From positions 32,001 through 96,000 of IMG/VR virus record IMGVR_UViG_3300013114_000583: a stretch of DNA of 64,000 nt. The stretch is one strand, 5' to 3'. The translations under genes were made by a program, and so were the position numbers. This DNA is from a virus. Positions 32,994 to 43,810 of this stretch are shown piece after piece (position 1 is the first letter of the stretch; every line of letters begins with the position of its first letter). The notes under the pieces were generated by a model. It searched no databases. It was given only the letters and a program-made list of their open reading frames with translations, and was not told where the DNA came from.

Positions 32994-34580
32994 CTAAGTA
33001 GGTTCATATTCTATAATAGACACTTGGGTTGTCAATAAAACCTTTGTAACAGACACGGCGTTCTTTAAGCTAACCCTTGTCACCTTAAATGGATCAATAA
33101 TTCCTGACTCGAACAAATTGCAATTTTCCAGCGTAAGAAAATTATATCCCTCCTCACTAGATAATATACTTTGTGTTTCCTCTTCAGATAAGCCAGAATT
33201 TTTAGCCATAATAACTATAGGATATTTCAAAGACTTCGACATAATACCAACAGCAACAGATTGTTCCTCAGTCAAGCCTAGTTCCGACGGGCCAAGCGAA
33301 TCAAGTACATTACTACAAAATTTAAAACAATTGCCGCCACCCTCTACAATGCCTTCTTCCTGGGCGGATTTAACAGCTTCTAGAGCATCTTCTATTCGAT
33401 GTTTTTTTTCCGTGACCTCAAGATCAGAATTTCCACCAACTTTTATGGTTGCGACACTACTCTGAAGCTGAACCAGCCTTTTTGTTAGATTTTCAGCCTC
33501 ATTTGTAGTGGGTGCTGCTTTAACCAGAGAAGTCAAGTGATCTATTTTCGATAGTATTTCTTCTGTCTTGCCTTCTCCACCTATAATTACTGTATTTTTG
33601 TTCGTGCACCTTATACTTTTCGCGGATCCAAAATTGGCGAGAGTCGCTTGATTTATTTTATCGCCATTGGCGCGTTGAAAGAACTTCGAACCAACAGAAG
33701 TCGCTAAATCTTCCAAAACATCACGACGGTCGTGACCATAACCAGGAGCTTTGATTGCGGAGACTTTCATGGTGCCCCTGACAGAGTTCATTATCAGAGC
33801 CGCCAGCGCTTGACCCTCGATGTCTTCACAAACAAGTATAAACGGGCGCCCTTCACGGGCGACGATTTCAAGACTAGGCAAGATCTGATCAATTGTTTCT
33901 ATCCGGGAATCAGTTACCAAAAACATTGGGTTTTCATAAAAAAGAGTTCTTTTTCTCTCATCCGTTATAAACGACGAAGAGACGTACCCAGCATCAAGGC
34001 GAAACCCCTCTAGCAAATCAAGCAATGTCTCAGATGTTCTACTTTCTTCTATCGTTACAGAGCCCTCATACCCAACCTTATCTACTGCAAGAGTTATTAA
34101 ATCACCAATAGATTCATCATTATTAGATGAAACAGTCGCAATCCTTCTTATATCCTCTAAATCAGTAATCTGTCTAGACTTTTCCTGCGCCAAGTTCAAC
34201 ACATGCGAAGTAACAACATCAAGTCCCCTGGCTAGCTGTATGGGAGAAAGATTAGGATTTTCAAGCATTGCTTCATAAGAATTTTTTAACAAAGCATAAG
34301 CAAGAACAGTTGAAGTAGTCGTGCCGTCGCCAGCCTCAATGTTAGTCCTCTTCGACACTTGTTTTACAATAGTAGAGGCAGCGTCTTCGGTCGGGTCTTC
34401 CAAAGAAAAATGAGATGCCACAGTAACACCGTCTTTAGTTATAAATGGTGGGTGTTGAGAGGTTCTTATAAGGACATTGCGGCCGCGCGGGCCAAGCGTG
34501 GTGCCCACCGCATTCGAGAGTTTTTCCACCCCCGACAAGAGCTTAGAAAATAATGGTGCACCCTGATCAACTTTTTTCAT
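32994..34580 (-). CDS. groEL: chaperonin GroEL
   Basis: TLGPRGRNV, ITKDGVTVA, GDGTTT, KAPGYG, EEGIVEGGG, GIIDP. Confidence 0.97.
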   Translation of the reverse strand: MKKVDQGAPLFSKLLSGVEKLSNAVGTTLGPRGRNVLIRTSQHPPFITKDGVTVASHFSLEDPTEDAASTIVKQVSKRTNIEAGDGTTTSTVLAYALLKNSYEAMLENPNLSPIQLARGLDVVTSHVLNLAQEKSRQITDLEDIRRIATVSSNNDESIGDLITLAVDKVGYEGSVTIEESRTSETLLDLLEGFRLDAGYVSSSFITDERKRTLFYENPMFLVTDSRIETIDQILPSLEIVAREGRPFILVCEDIEGQALAALIMNSVRGTMKVSAIKAPGYGHDRRDVLEDLATSVGSKFFQRANGDKINQATLANFGSAKSIRCTNKNTVIIGGEGKTEEILSKIDHLTSLVKAAPTTNEAENLTKRLVQLQSSVATIKVGGNSDLEVTEKKHRIEDALEAVKSAQEEGIVEGGGNCFKFCSNVLDSLGPSELGLTEEQSVAVGIMSKSLKYPIVIMAKNSGLSEEETQSILSSEEGYNFLTLENCNLFESGIIDPFKVTRVSLKNAVSVTKVLLTTQVSIIEYEPT

Positions 34581-34601
34581 ACTGTTTTTTACCTTTTCTC
34601 A

Positions 34602-34630
34602 AGTATAGCACTAATATATAAAAAATTCAA
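34602..34630 (-). promoter_or_regulatory. sigma70 promoter for groEL
   Basis: TTGAAT-17-TATACT. Confidence 0.65.
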
Positions 34631-36600
34631 GTATTTTCTTGCGATGAGCCTGATTGTAATTCTTCTGTTTTGGCAATGATTTCTTTAGATGAGGTTATTG
34701 CATCCTCGGCAAGAGCGTCATCCTGCATGCCGCCGGCGATATAAGAATAAGAATTATCCTGAACTGACTTAATGTTCACAAATATGTCAAATATGGCATC
34801 ATTAAGTATGGACGTTATACGATTTAACATATTCTGGGTATTATTCACCCCCACCAGTATCTCCCCAAAAAGCGGTTCGGATTGATTATCGGGCAGCACC
34901 TTCTTGTCGGTCTTGAGATGAATCTCAGCTACAGTATTCTGATTTAAGTTAAATTGTTCTGTTGTCAAAAACCCGTAAGTCTGCTTTAGAGCCCTCTTCT
35001 TCTCATCGGGACCAAGCTCATTGTAGTGAGCTACAGAATCTTCTATGGAAGCAAAAACGCCAGGTTCACTCAACTTCTTCGATCTTCGATCATTTAAAAC
35101 AGACTTTGAATAAGTGTTCATAACACTATTCTTTCCAGATGCGCCTCCGCCATTGTTAGCATTCGCTATGCGGCCGGTGATATTTTTAGCTAGTTTGATT
35201 ACCCTTTTATCTTTGGGGTCATATTTTGGCTCACGGTGGCTGACATTGCCGTCTGGTAGTGTGACGGTGTCTGGATCCGGACTCACAGACTCTATTGCTG
35301 AAATGGTCTGCAATACAGTATTGTACACATTCTGGTATTGCTCCTTCCCTGCCTGTTTGCTCATTTTTGAATTTCCACGAGACTTGTATATTGGCTGAAG
35401 CTCCCAAGCCTCAAGTTCCTCACAAGCCCTGTCGTTACCATTTTTACATTTTGCCTTTAATTTTTCCATAGGTACCTTATTTGGATCATAATGCAAAAAC
35501 AAGTCATCGTTAGTAGACCAATTTAAATTTTTGGTTATTAAATCTAGCGTCTCTTCATCAATCTGCAATTCTGGTGTATCAGCATATGTTGTTAGATTCA
35601 TATCATTTATCTCCATTTTCAAGGCCTTGACAAACACCTTCTCCATCACCTCTGGAGAAGGTAACATTGAACCTGGAAGAGTTGCTTCAAAATCCTCTAT
35701 TTCTCCTGATATGTAAGAAGATGGCAACCGGACACACTCTCTGGATTTTGAAGAAGACTTAGATATAATCTCGAATACGTTATCTAGCGTGAAATCAAAC
35801 CGATACCACCGCAAAACCCCGTTTACATCTAGCCCCTCCTTTTTCTTGTGATCAAATTTTTTGGTGACTGCTAAGTATCTCATAAATGGACTATTAGAAA
35901 ACTTTGGTTCAACCAGGTCAATAACCAAATCGGTAAAGCTGCCCCCTACATGAAGTTTTTTATCTTGATATAGCTTCAAACTAATTGGCACCTCACCTTG
36001 ACTATCCGCGTCGATACGACTCACAAAATCAGCAATAGTGCCAGTATTGGCTGGCACCTGATACCCATTTGCGAGAACAGCCAAAAATGCTTCAAAGTTA
36101 AAGCCGGCTGAAGCTGCATTAAAATTCGAAATGACCTTCGTAAGTGTTTTGAAGAAAACCAAATAAGAAAGGGCCGTTGCAATTTTTGCAGCAGAAGAAG
36201 CCTGAGGCTTATCTTCAAACATCTGGGCCATGGCGGCATCGGGATCATCATAAAATTGAGATAAAGACTCAATTTTCTCCAAAAAATCATTACCCTTAAT
36301 GTTCTTCAAAAACTGAATTAGCCTTTCCCTCTCTGGGCCAGGAACTTCTTCGACTCCTTCTCCTTCTATGTTTGTCCACCCGAGCTCTGACACTGCGATT
36401 TCTGGAATCGCTTGAAGTGTCAGTGTTGCGGACCCAGTTTCCTGAAACTCTCTGAGGAGCTTAACTCTCTCAACTTCGAGATTCATTTTTGCGGGATCAA
36501 GAGGTTCGTCTCTCAATACTTGCTCAACCACCCTTATTAAACTTTTAAGTGTAAAAATGTTGGATTTTTTTATAATGTTGTCTAGAATTGGTGTTTCCAT
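34627..36600 (-). CDS. large hypothetical protein, putative virion protein with PD-(D/E)xK-like core
   Basis: AGFNFEAFLA...TIADF...ISLK spacing; GAGG SD. Confidence 0.6.
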   Translation of the reverse strand: METPILDNIIKKSNIFTLKSLIRVVEQVLRDEPLDPAKMNLEVERVKLLREFQETGSATLTLQAIPEIAVSELGWTNIEGEGVEEVPGPERERLIQFLKNIKGNDFLEKIESLSQFYDDPDAAMAQMFEDKPQASSAAKIATALSYLVFFKTLTKVISNFNAASAGFNFEAFLAVLANGYQVPANTGTIADFVSRIDADSQGEVPISLKLYQDKKLHVGGSFTDLVIDLVEPKFSNSPFMRYLAVTKKFDHKKKEGLDVNGVLRWYRFDFTLDNVFEIISKSSSKSRECVRLPSSYISGEIEDFEATLPGSMLPSPEVMEKVFVKALKMEINDMNLTTYADTPELQIDEETLDLITKNLNWSTNDDLFLHYDPNKVPMEKLKAKCKNGNDRACEELEAWELQPIYKSRGNSKMSKQAGKEQYQNVYNTVLQTISAIESVSPDPDTVTLPDGNVSHREPKYDPKDKRVIKLAKNITGRIANANNGGGASGKNSVMNTYSKSVLNDRRSKKLSEPGVFASIEDSVAHYNELGPDEKKRALKQTYGFLTTEQFNLNQNTVAEIHLKTDKKVLPDNQSEPLFGEILVGVNNTQNMLNRITSILNDAIFDIFVNIKSVQDNSYSYIAGGMQDDALAEDAITSSKEIIAKTEELQSGSSQENT

Positions 36601-36619
36601 TTATAATACCTCTTAATAA

Positions 36620-37285
36620 TTAGACTATTACGTCAGCTATTCCATACTCAATTGCTTGTTCTGCAGATATATATATATCAATGTGCTTATTTAGCATTTT
36701 TAAAATCTTTTTCCTGGTCAGTTCTGTTTGTGCCTCCAAGCACTCAATGTAGCGATCTTGAATCCATTTAACTTCTTTTATCTCATTTTCGACGCTAACC
36801 AAAGAACCATGATAACCAGCCATGACATTGTGAAGCATAATTCTGCAATTTTTACCAATCTTTCTATGTCCCTTGGTTCCATTGGCCAAAATCAAAACCC
36901 CTGCTGACATTACCTTCCCTAAACCAATGGTGCTGATTTCGCACTTTGTTTTAACAACTCTCATTAAATCATATATGGCAAACATATCAACAACAGAGCC
37001 CCCATATGTTGAAACATACATGTCGATAGGCCTTAATGGCTTGGTTTCTTTTGGGTCAATGGCTGGCGGGGAGCAACCGGATGCCAAATAAATTAAAGTA
37101 CCCAAAACCTCTTCTGACTTTTCTTCAGTTATGTCTCCGATGAGCCCAACTGACCGAGACGTCTGAGAATTTTCAGGAGTAGGCATGTTATTTATTATAA
37201 CAATTTGGTTTTCATTTACCTCGGAGACAGAAGCCTCCTCCGGGGATTCCGGTTCCAGGGTTGGTTCCTTCGGTTTTTTTGGCAT
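36620..37285 (-). CDS. clpP: ClpP-family serine protease
   Basis: YVSTYGGSV..MFAIYD..GKVMSAG..IMLH..YISAEQAIEYGIAD. Confidence 0.92.
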   Translation of the reverse strand: MPKKPKEPTLEPESPEEASVSEVNENQIVIINNMPTPENSQTSRSVGLIGDITEEKSEEVLGTLIYLASGCSPPAIDPKETKPLRPIDMYVSTYGGSVVDMFAIYDLMRVVKTKCEISTIGLGKVMSAGVLILANGTKGHRKIGKNCRIMLHNVMAGYHGSLVSVENEIKEVKWIQDRYIECLEAQTELTRKKILKMLNKHIDIYISAEQAIEYGIADVIV

Positions 37286-37333
37286 TTTTCCTCTTTTTTT
37301 TATATTTTAGCACAAAATTAGAAATTAATAAAG

Positions 37334-37361
37334 AAAACGCCGCGGTTGGCGGCGTTTTTTT
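37334..37361 (-). terminator. intrinsic terminator (potentially bidirectional)
   Basis: AAAACGCCGC-GGTTG-GCGGCGTTTT with A/T tails on both sides. Confidence 0.85.
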
Positions 37362-37391
37362 GGAGTATTGCTTTAATAAAGAAATTTTTGT

Positions 37392-38012
37392 TTAACGTTG
37401 GATAGCTTGCTGTACCAAGCGCTTAGTCACTCTTTCTAAAACTTTTTTTGTCAGCTGTTCAACAGATTCTGCAACCATCTCATCCTCGGGGGCCTCACCT
37501 TCTTCTCCTCCAGGTGGCTCCATAGCGAACTCTTCACCTTCTTCACCTTCTTCACCTTCAGGTGGCTCCATAGCGAACTCTTCACCTTCAAGGTCTTCTT
37601 CACCCTCCTCTCCGCCAGAGGCGTCTATAATGCTTTGTAAAACCTCGACAGCAGTGCGAAGAGCGGCGACCTGTTCTTCGTCAACAGTGACATCCACATC
37701 TTCTTCCGCTTCTGCTTCGGCGGCTTCGGGATCGGCTTCGCCGGCTCCTTCATCATCCATGGCGACGGGCTCTTCGGCGGCAGGGTCTTCAGGCTCTGGT
37801 TCGGGGTCTACCTCGAAAAGACCTAAGTCCTCTTCTCCCATGGCGCCCAGGTCCTCCTCATATGGATCTAAACCCTCCTCTACTTCCTCGTTGGCGGGCC
37901 ACTCTGATTCTTCCACGGTTTCATTAATAAAGCGGTTAGAATGGCTTGAATTACCTGCTAATTCCATAAACCTTCTAATCCTTGATTCTCCTAATAAAGC
38001 TTTCTTTGACAT
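37392..38012 (-). CDS. very acidic protein, scaffold/prohead-core-like
   Basis: Start 38012 after AAAGGAG; LLGESRIRRFMELAG; Glu-rich; EGEEFAMEPP x2. Confidence 0.7.
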   Translation of the reverse strand: MSKKALLGESRIRRFMELAGNSSHSNRFINETVEESEWPANEEVEEGLDPYEEDLGAMGEEDLGLFEVDPEPEPEDPAAEEPVAMDDEGAGEADPEAAEAEAEEDVDVTVDEEQVAALRTAVEVLQSIIDASGGEEGEEDLEGEEFAMEPPEGEEGEEGEEFAMEPPGGEEGEAPEDEMVAESVEQLTKKVLERVTKRLVQQAIQR

Positions 38013-38065
38013 TTGTTTTACTCCTTTAACGCTAGACAAAATAATGGTCGTATAATAAGTAGTTT

Positions 38066-38329
38066 CTATTTTTCTAAAAGATTTAACAAATTTCCTCTAT
38101 TTTTCAACTTCTTTAGAGCTGCTTTTTCAATTTGCGAAATCCTAACAAAACTAAGATTAAGTCTTTTACCTATTTCTTGTAAAGACATCCTCCCATTAAC
38201 ATAAATAGAAATTAAAGAACAATTATTGTCATCTTTATAAGAAATCCAGTGTTTACAATCAGTGCAGGGGCATGAAACGTCCTCTTCCATGCACTTTTTG
38301 GCACAACTAATTAATGGCTTGTCTTTCAC
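38066..38329 (-). CDS. sigma70 region-4 HTH protein with Cys-rich N-terminus
   Basis: MSLQEIGKRLNLSFVRISQIEKAALKKL. Confidence 0.85.
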   Translation of the reverse strand: MKDKPLISCAKKCMEEDVSCPCTDCKHWISYKDDNNCSLISIYVNGRMSLQEIGKRLNLSFVRISQIEKAALKKLKNRGNLLNLLEK

Positions 38330-38637
38330 AAATCACCATTCTCTTCCTCTAAAAGAGAGTAAAGTTGCTCTTTTTCCTCCTCGGACATGGAGTACTTCGC
38401 TACATTCTTGATCCCTTCAGAGTACGCATCCAAGCTAAGAGCGACACGACTTTTACTAAAACTACTGTCCAGTTCCATCACTTCTTTGAGGACGATTTCA
38501 AAAAAACTAGGATTATTAATATAAAATTCAACCAACCGACCAAGAAGCTTTTGTTGACTCAGGCCATCGTGGCGAAGTTTAATTTTAAAATCTACATATT
38601 CTTTCTCGCCAATATGAAAGGATATCGTTCTTTTCAT
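38326..38637 (-). CDS. hypothetical protein, possible ribbon-helix-helix
   Basis: KRTISFHI strand followed by two helices. Confidence 0.6.
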   Translation of the reverse strand: MKRTISFHIGEKEYVDFKIKLRHDGLSQQKLLGRLVEFYINNPSFFEIVLKEVMELDSSFSKSRVALSLDAYSEGIKNVAKYSMSEEEKEQLYSLLEEENGDL

Positions 38638-39737
38638 CGTGGCCCTAAAATATGGGTATGACTCTCAGATTGTCCAGCAGAAGTTTGTATAACGAACTCG
38701 CACTTCTGCCTTAGCTCAAAAATAGTTCTAGCCCCACTATAAGATAACCCTGATTTCAAGTTTGATTCCAAGTCCTTTAAAATATTGATAACACTGCCCT
38801 TATAAGGTATCGTGGTTGAGATCCCTTCCAGGGAAGTAGCAAACCCCCTCCATTCTTCCTGAGCTTCTACGGACGCCATCCCTCTATAAACTTTATATTT
38901 TTCTCCTGTCTTTTTTTGAAATATTGTACCAGGAGACTCAGTTGTGCCAGCCAACATAGACCCAAGCATTACAAAATCTGACCCACTGGCCAAGGCTTTA
39001 ACAGCATCTCCGGAAGATCTTATTCCCCCATCAGCAATAATAGCGGCAGGCTTAAAATCAACCCCTGTCTTTTCTTGTGTTCCTCTCGCTATGTGACATG
39101 CCATTATTGATTGTAATGTCGGAACACCATGGCCAGTTTGAGTCCTCGTTGAGCAAATAGACCCGCCACCTATGCCAACTCTCACCGCGTCCGCCCCCCA
39201 GTGAGACAAGTCTATATACCCTTCTGGCATTGCAACATTTCCTGCTATAATATAAACTTCGCTACCGAAAATATCCCTAAAAGATTTAATCGCCCTTTCC
39301 ATGAGGGAGTGGTGGCCGTGGGCGATATCTAAGCACATAACCCTTGCTCCCGCATCCCAGATAGCAGTAGCCCTATCAATGTAATCTCCTGTGACACCTA
39401 CCGCGGCGGCGGGGCGCTGGGATTCTTGCAAGACGTCTTGAACCATTTTTACTTGATCATCTATTGAACAATATCTGTGAATGATCCCTAAACCACCATG
39501 CTTGGACATAACAGCAGACATGGCCGGACCCGTGACCGTATCCATAGGACTGGACATGATTGGTAGCCTAAATTGGATATCTCTTAAATCCGAATATAGA
39601 TCAATCTCTTTCCTGCTCTCGATGTTGCTATACTTCGGAACCATCAATAAATCATCGAAACTTAAAGTATATTTAAAAATATTTGTTGTTGCCATCTTAG
39701 TTAACACTATTCTATCTCCCCGAAGCAAGACGGACAC
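38634..39737 (-). CDS. guaB: IMP dehydrogenase / GMP reductase family (no CBS domain)
   Basis: [38 protein letters not shown]; start may be at MATTNI. Confidence 0.92.
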   Translation of the reverse strand: MSVLLRGDRIVLTKMATTNIFKYTLSFDDLLMVPKYSNIESRKEIDLYSDLRDIQFRLPIMSSPMDTVTGPAMSAVMSKHGGLGIIHRYCSIDDQVKMVQDVLQESQRPAAAVGVTGDYIDRATAIWDAGARVMCLDIAHGHHSLMERAIKSFRDIFGSEVYIIAGNVAMPEGYIDLSHWGADAVRVGIGGGSICSTRTQTGHGVPTLQSIMACHIARGTQEKTGVDFKPAAIIADGGIRSSGDAVKALASGSDFVMLGSMLAGTTESPGTIFQKKTGEKYKVYRGMASVEAQEEWRGFATSLEGISTTIPYKGSVINILKDLESNLKSGLSYSGARTIFELRQKCEFVIQTSAGQSESHTHILGPR

Positions 39738-39931
39738 GTCAATTTGATTTTTCCATTATTATTTTCCATGTGCCAATCATCAATCTTTTCTCCCTCAATG
39801 GTATTCGGAATTCGAAAACAACCAGTACACATAACTGACTTTTCAAAATTCTTCATTGTTTTTTTAAAATTCTTAACAAACTCCTTCTGTTTAACCCTTC
39901 TGAGTTTTCGTTCTAAGGACGCCACTATCAA
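39707..39931 (-). CDS. zinc-ribbon hypothetical protein
   Basis: CTGC...CPSC. Confidence 0.7.
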   Translation of the reverse strand: MIVASLERKLRRVKQKEFVKNFKKTMKNFEKSVMCTGCFRIPNTIEGEKIDDWHMENNNGKIKLTCPSCFGEIE

Positions 39932-40374
39932 ACCCCCGTCGAGCCAAAGCCGCCGTCGCCGCGGGAAGATGGAGAATCATAAATTGCATCTTCAGTGATT
40001 ATTTCCAACTCCGGGTAGGCGATCGGGATGCAGACGGCCTGGGCGATTTTAGACCCAGATTCAATAGTTTGTGGCTTATTCCCAACATTTTGTAAATTAA
40101 TAAAAATTTCACCATCATAACCATGGTCAATGACGCATGCGCCGGTGACGAGCTGTCGCTTGCTAGCAATACCCGACTTGTTCATTATTTGAATCATGTG
40201 ATTCTCGGGGACTTCCATCTTAATCCCTGTTTCAAGTACTATTGAAACCCCAGGAGGAATAGTGACTATCATCTCCTCCTCCGGACTAAAAAACATATCC
40301 ATGCCCGCGTCTGTCCCGTGGGCCCTTACTGGGATTTTTGCATTTTCTCTAACTTTATAAACCTTAACTTTCAT
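39928..40374 (-). CDS. dut: dUTPase (trimeric)
   Basis: AGMD, KSG, VIDHGYDGEI, KIAQ, RGDGGFGSTG. Confidence 0.96.
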   Translation of the reverse strand: MKVKVYKVRENAKIPVRAHGTDAGMDMFFSPEEEMIVTIPPGVSIVLETGIKMEVPENHMIQIMNKSGIASKRQLVTGACVIDHGYDGEIFINLQNVGNKPQTIESGSKIAQAVCIPIAYPELEIITEDAIYDSPSSRGDGGFGSTGV

Positions 40375-40384
40375 TTTTCCTCCC

Positions 40385-43300
40385 TTATGCTAACAGTTTA
40401 AACATTTTTCTAACGGACCTAGTGCTGAAGCCCCATTGCGGATCATAATTTAGGCGCGCCATGTATGGCCTGTTTACAAATATTAAATCCCTCTCCGGAT
40501 TCACGCCCCAGCATCTTATATTATTTGCCTCATTGTTGCTATCTATAACATTCACAACATAGAAGGCCTTTCCATTTTTAGTTTTCTTTTTTTTGACTGA
40601 TCTTGGTATAAACCAGCAAACTCCCAAATCTGAATCATACTCACTTATAGGTGGTATAAATTTTTCGGCCAACTTCTTTTGCATCTCTGAAGTAACAACC
40701 AAAGACATTGGAAACATCCCTGTCAATTCTACCAAATTAGATATTGTCTCTTCGTGTGAGAATTCGCCCTCTTCCTTATACATGTCGATATTCGCAATTA
40801 AATTCTTTTCTTTCCTTGGCCGGTCAACAGCCACAGAAAACCAAAAGTGTTTTCGCCCAAGAAATCTATCATCCATCAACGAGTCGAGGGCCCCTGAGCG
40901 CACCAATGCATCTATAGATTTCTTATTTAATTTGCTATAAGTTATGTTTTCATTAAATAAGAAATTTTCAATCGAAGAGAAGGGCCGGTTTGCCAATATC
41001 TGCTCTATTGCAGCTTCGCCTAAACCCTTAATCGAAGTTAGAGGTTGGACTAATCTCTTTTCATCGCTCCCTGTTACAGCCCAAGTTGCTCCCGAATTAT
41101 TTATATCAACCTTTTCAATAGCAAAGCCTTGTGACTTGGCTAGATTAATAGCGCGCTCTTTCCGTGTATCCGGCTCTTTGTCTAAGAACGCAGCAGTCCA
41201 CTGTGCAGGATAATAGTTCAGAAGCCACGCGCACTGAAAAGACAAAACACAATAAGAAACTGCGTGAGATTTATTAAACCCGTAGCCGGAAAAATATTCA
41301 AATTTCTCCCAGAGTTCGCGCGCTTGCCATTTAGGCATGCCCTTCTCAATACACCCTTCACGAAATTTAAGCCAAATTGAATCTTTTTGCTCCTGAACTT
41401 CACCGGTGCCCTTCTTTGTTAAAAGTTTTCTAAGTTTATTACCCTCATCAAGAGACAGATCTTTGCCCAACTTGTGAGCCAACATGGCAATCTGTTCTTG
41501 AAAGATTAAAAACCCATAAGTTTCCTCTGTGACTTCTTTAAAAATATTATTGGTATAGTTAATTTCAGAAGGATTTTGCTTAGCACCAATAAACATCTTG
41601 TCTACGCCGGCTGATAAAGGGCCTGGCCTATAAATTGAAGTAATGGCTGCTAAATCTGTTATATTGTCGGGCTTCACTTGCTTGCAAAAACTTTGAGCCC
41701 CAACTTCAGTAAACTGAAAAATGCCCGTCCACTTTCCTTTGTGAAAAACATTCTTCCAAACTTGTGAATCACCCAGGTCCAAAACCCCGGGGTTTAAGTG
41801 CTTATCATAAAAGTCCTTAACCTGCTCAAAAGACGGATTTTGAATTCCTTTTTCTTTTTCCAGAATAAGTTTAATACATACTTCCATCATACGCAAAGAC
41901 GCAAGGCCCAAAATATCAAACTTTATAAATCCCATAGGTTCCAAGTGCCTAACGTTTTGACCCTCGGACCAAGGTGTTTGTCGAACACCTCCGGAATTAA
42001 TCAGCGGCATCCATCTATCGAGATTCTCCCCCACAACAACACCACCAGCATGGCGTGAAGCGGAACGGACTTGACCGTATAACTTGCTGATGTGTGTCTT
42101 TATGTGCGGGTATTTTTTTAAGAATGCTTGCAAGGTCTCGGAGTACTCCATCAGTTCTTCGAAAGAAGGAACATAGACGCCAGCCGTTATCCCTTTCGCT
42201 TTCTTTGCTAAAGGGGTAGCCTCATAAACCATCTTGCTGGTAACATTATTAACTTCTAGAAACTCAATACCATAAAACTTAGATACATCCTTTATAAGAG
42301 ATCTGAGCTGTAAGGTGTTCCAGTTTGTAATTGGGACAACCGTATCGTCACCCCATTCCTCTATAAGCCTCTCTTTCAAAAGCATTGGTTCCGACACATC
42401 ATAGTCTATATCTGGATAACCAGAACCACCAGATGTCAAGAACCTCTCAAATTGCAAGTCGTATTTTATTGGATCAATTTGTGTGATATCCAAAACATAA
42501 GACACTAAAGCGCCGGCGGCGGAGCCGCGGCCAGGACCAACCAGCTGTGTAGACAGGGCACGGTCGGAGATAGATTTCATCGTTAAAAAGTATTTGCTAA
42601 AGCCTCGGGAGCCTATTACTGATAGTTCTCTTTTTATTCTCCTTACGTATTCCTTATTGTTGTGAAGGTTTTTGTCTCTAAGGCCGTGAGTACACAAAAC
42701 CGCTAAAGCTTGGTCGGGCGTTGATCCCTCCGGAACGACAAAATCTGGCAACCTCACCGTGTTATCCGGCAAAAAAGATTCTATACGCTCATGAGCAATT
42801 TCATAAGTTCTGGTAATTGAATTTTTCACCGTCTCATCATCATACTTAATCCCCAATTCCGAAGAATATTTGAGATAGGAATCCCACATTTGGTCTCCGT
42901 TCTTTGGGTATAACTCATAGCCAACCTCTTCAACAGTAATAGGCAGCTCCTCAGACATATAATCTGGCTTGCCTCGGCCGAGCCACCCAAGTCTTTTATA
43001 CAATTCTCGATCCTTCCACACAGTAGGGTCGTAATAGTGAGAATCTGCAGTTGATATGAGCTCAATGCCAAACTCCGTACTCATCTGAATAATATACTGG
43101 TTCAAGACGTGTTGCTCAGGTACGCTGTTCCACTGTAATTCTCCATACCACCTATCCCCGAAGATAGAGATCATCTTTTGCGTAGTTTCACGCATAGCAT
43201 GTAAAACGGCATCTTCTCCGTCCTCGCGGTGCTCCCAATAGTTGCCAGCATAGATGCCGCCCAAGCATGCTGAGGCTGCGATGACTCCCTTGTTGTGCTT

Positions 43301-43810
43301 TTTAAGCAAAGAATAATCCATCCTGGGATATCTATAAAAATTATCGCCGGAATAAGATTTCGAAATCATCTTAAAGATATTTTGTAGCCCCTCTTGATTC
43401 ATCGCCAGTAAAATTAAATGTCTTCGTCGGTTTAAAGAAGATTTTATTTTCTTTTTGGAAGCCTCATTCTCAATCGTCGTACCGGAGGACCGGTCCTCAT
43501 ACTCAGATTTTTTTTTGGCTGCGGCCTTGACTTCTTCGTACTCTTTTTTCCAGTTTGCAACTGAAGGCACGAAATAAGCCTCACAGCCAAAAATTGGTTT
43601 AAAATCTTTACCTTGAATTTTCATTTTTTTAGCATGCAAGACTTGATACGCCAAGCCATTAGCATTACCATGATCAGTCAAAGCAAGGGCATCCATGCCA
43701 TTACTATATGCGTAATCCATATGCTCTTGTGGGTACCCCAAAGCATCAAAAGGTGAGCCGGCCACTGAATGTGCGTGCAGGCCGACAAAGGGTATAGAAC
43801 TATCACTCAA
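40385..43810 (-). CDS. dnaE: DNA polymerase III alpha subunit
   Basis: PHP domain (HAHS, TDHG), GRGSAAG, PDIDYD, KFDILGL, YGFNKSHA. Confidence 0.97.
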   Translation of the reverse strand: MSDSSIPFVGLHAHSVAGSPFDALGYPQEHMDYAYSNGMDALALTDHGNANGLAYQVLHAKKMKIQGKDFKPIFGCEAYFVPSVANWKKEYEEVKAAAKKKSEYEDRSSGTTIENEASKKKIKSSLNRRRHLILLAMNQEGLQNIFKMISKSYSGDNFYRYPRMDYSLLKKHNKGVIAASACLGGIYAGNYWEHREDGEDAVLHAMRETTQKMISIFGDRWYGELQWNSVPEQHVLNQYIIQMSTEFGIELISTADSHYYDPTVWKDRELYKRLGWLGRGKPDYMSEELPITVEEVGYELYPKNGDQMWDSYLKYSSELGIKYDDETVKNSITRTYEIAHERIESFLPDNTVRLPDFVVPEGSTPDQALAVLCTHGLRDKNLHNNKEYVRRIKRELSVIGSRGFSKYFLTMKSISDRALSTQLVGPGRGSAAGALVSYVLDITQIDPIKYDLQFERFLTSGGSGYPDIDYDVSEPMLLKERLIEEWGDDTVVPITNWNTLQLRSLIKDVSKFYGIEFLEVNNVTSKMVYEATPLAKKAKGITAGVYVPSFEELMEYSETLQAFLKKYPHIKTHISKLYGQVRSASRHAGGVVVGENLDRWMPLINSGGVRQTPWSEGQNVRHLEPMGFIKFDILGLASLRMMEVCIKLILEKEKGIQNPSFEQVKDFYDKHLNPGVLDLGDSQVWKNVFHKGKWTGIFQFTEVGAQSFCKQVKPDNITDLAAITSIYRPGPLSAGVDKMFIGAKQNPSEINYTNNIFKEVTEETYGFLIFQEQIAMLAHKLGKDLSLDEGNKLRKLLTKKGTGEVQEQKDSIWLKFREGCIEKGMPKWQARELWEKFEYFSGYGFNKSHAVSYCVLSFQCAWLLNYYPAQWTAAFLDKEPDTRKERAINLAKSQGFAIEKVDINNSGATWAVTGSDEKRLVQPLTSIKGLGEAAIEQILANRPFSSIENFLFNENITYSKLNKKSIDALVRSGALDSLMDDRFLGRKHFWFSVAVDRPRKEKNLIANIDMYKEEGEFSHEETISNLVELTGMFPMSLVVTSEMQKKLAEKFIPPISEYDSDLGVCWFIPRSVKKKKTKNGKAFYVVNVIDSNNEANNIRCWGVNPERDLIFVNRPYMARLNYDPQWGFSTRSVRKMFKLLA

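Noticed and set aside
34600-34630. CIRCE operator upstream of groEL
   Set aside because: Only a partial TAGCACT half-site is present, with no matching second arm.
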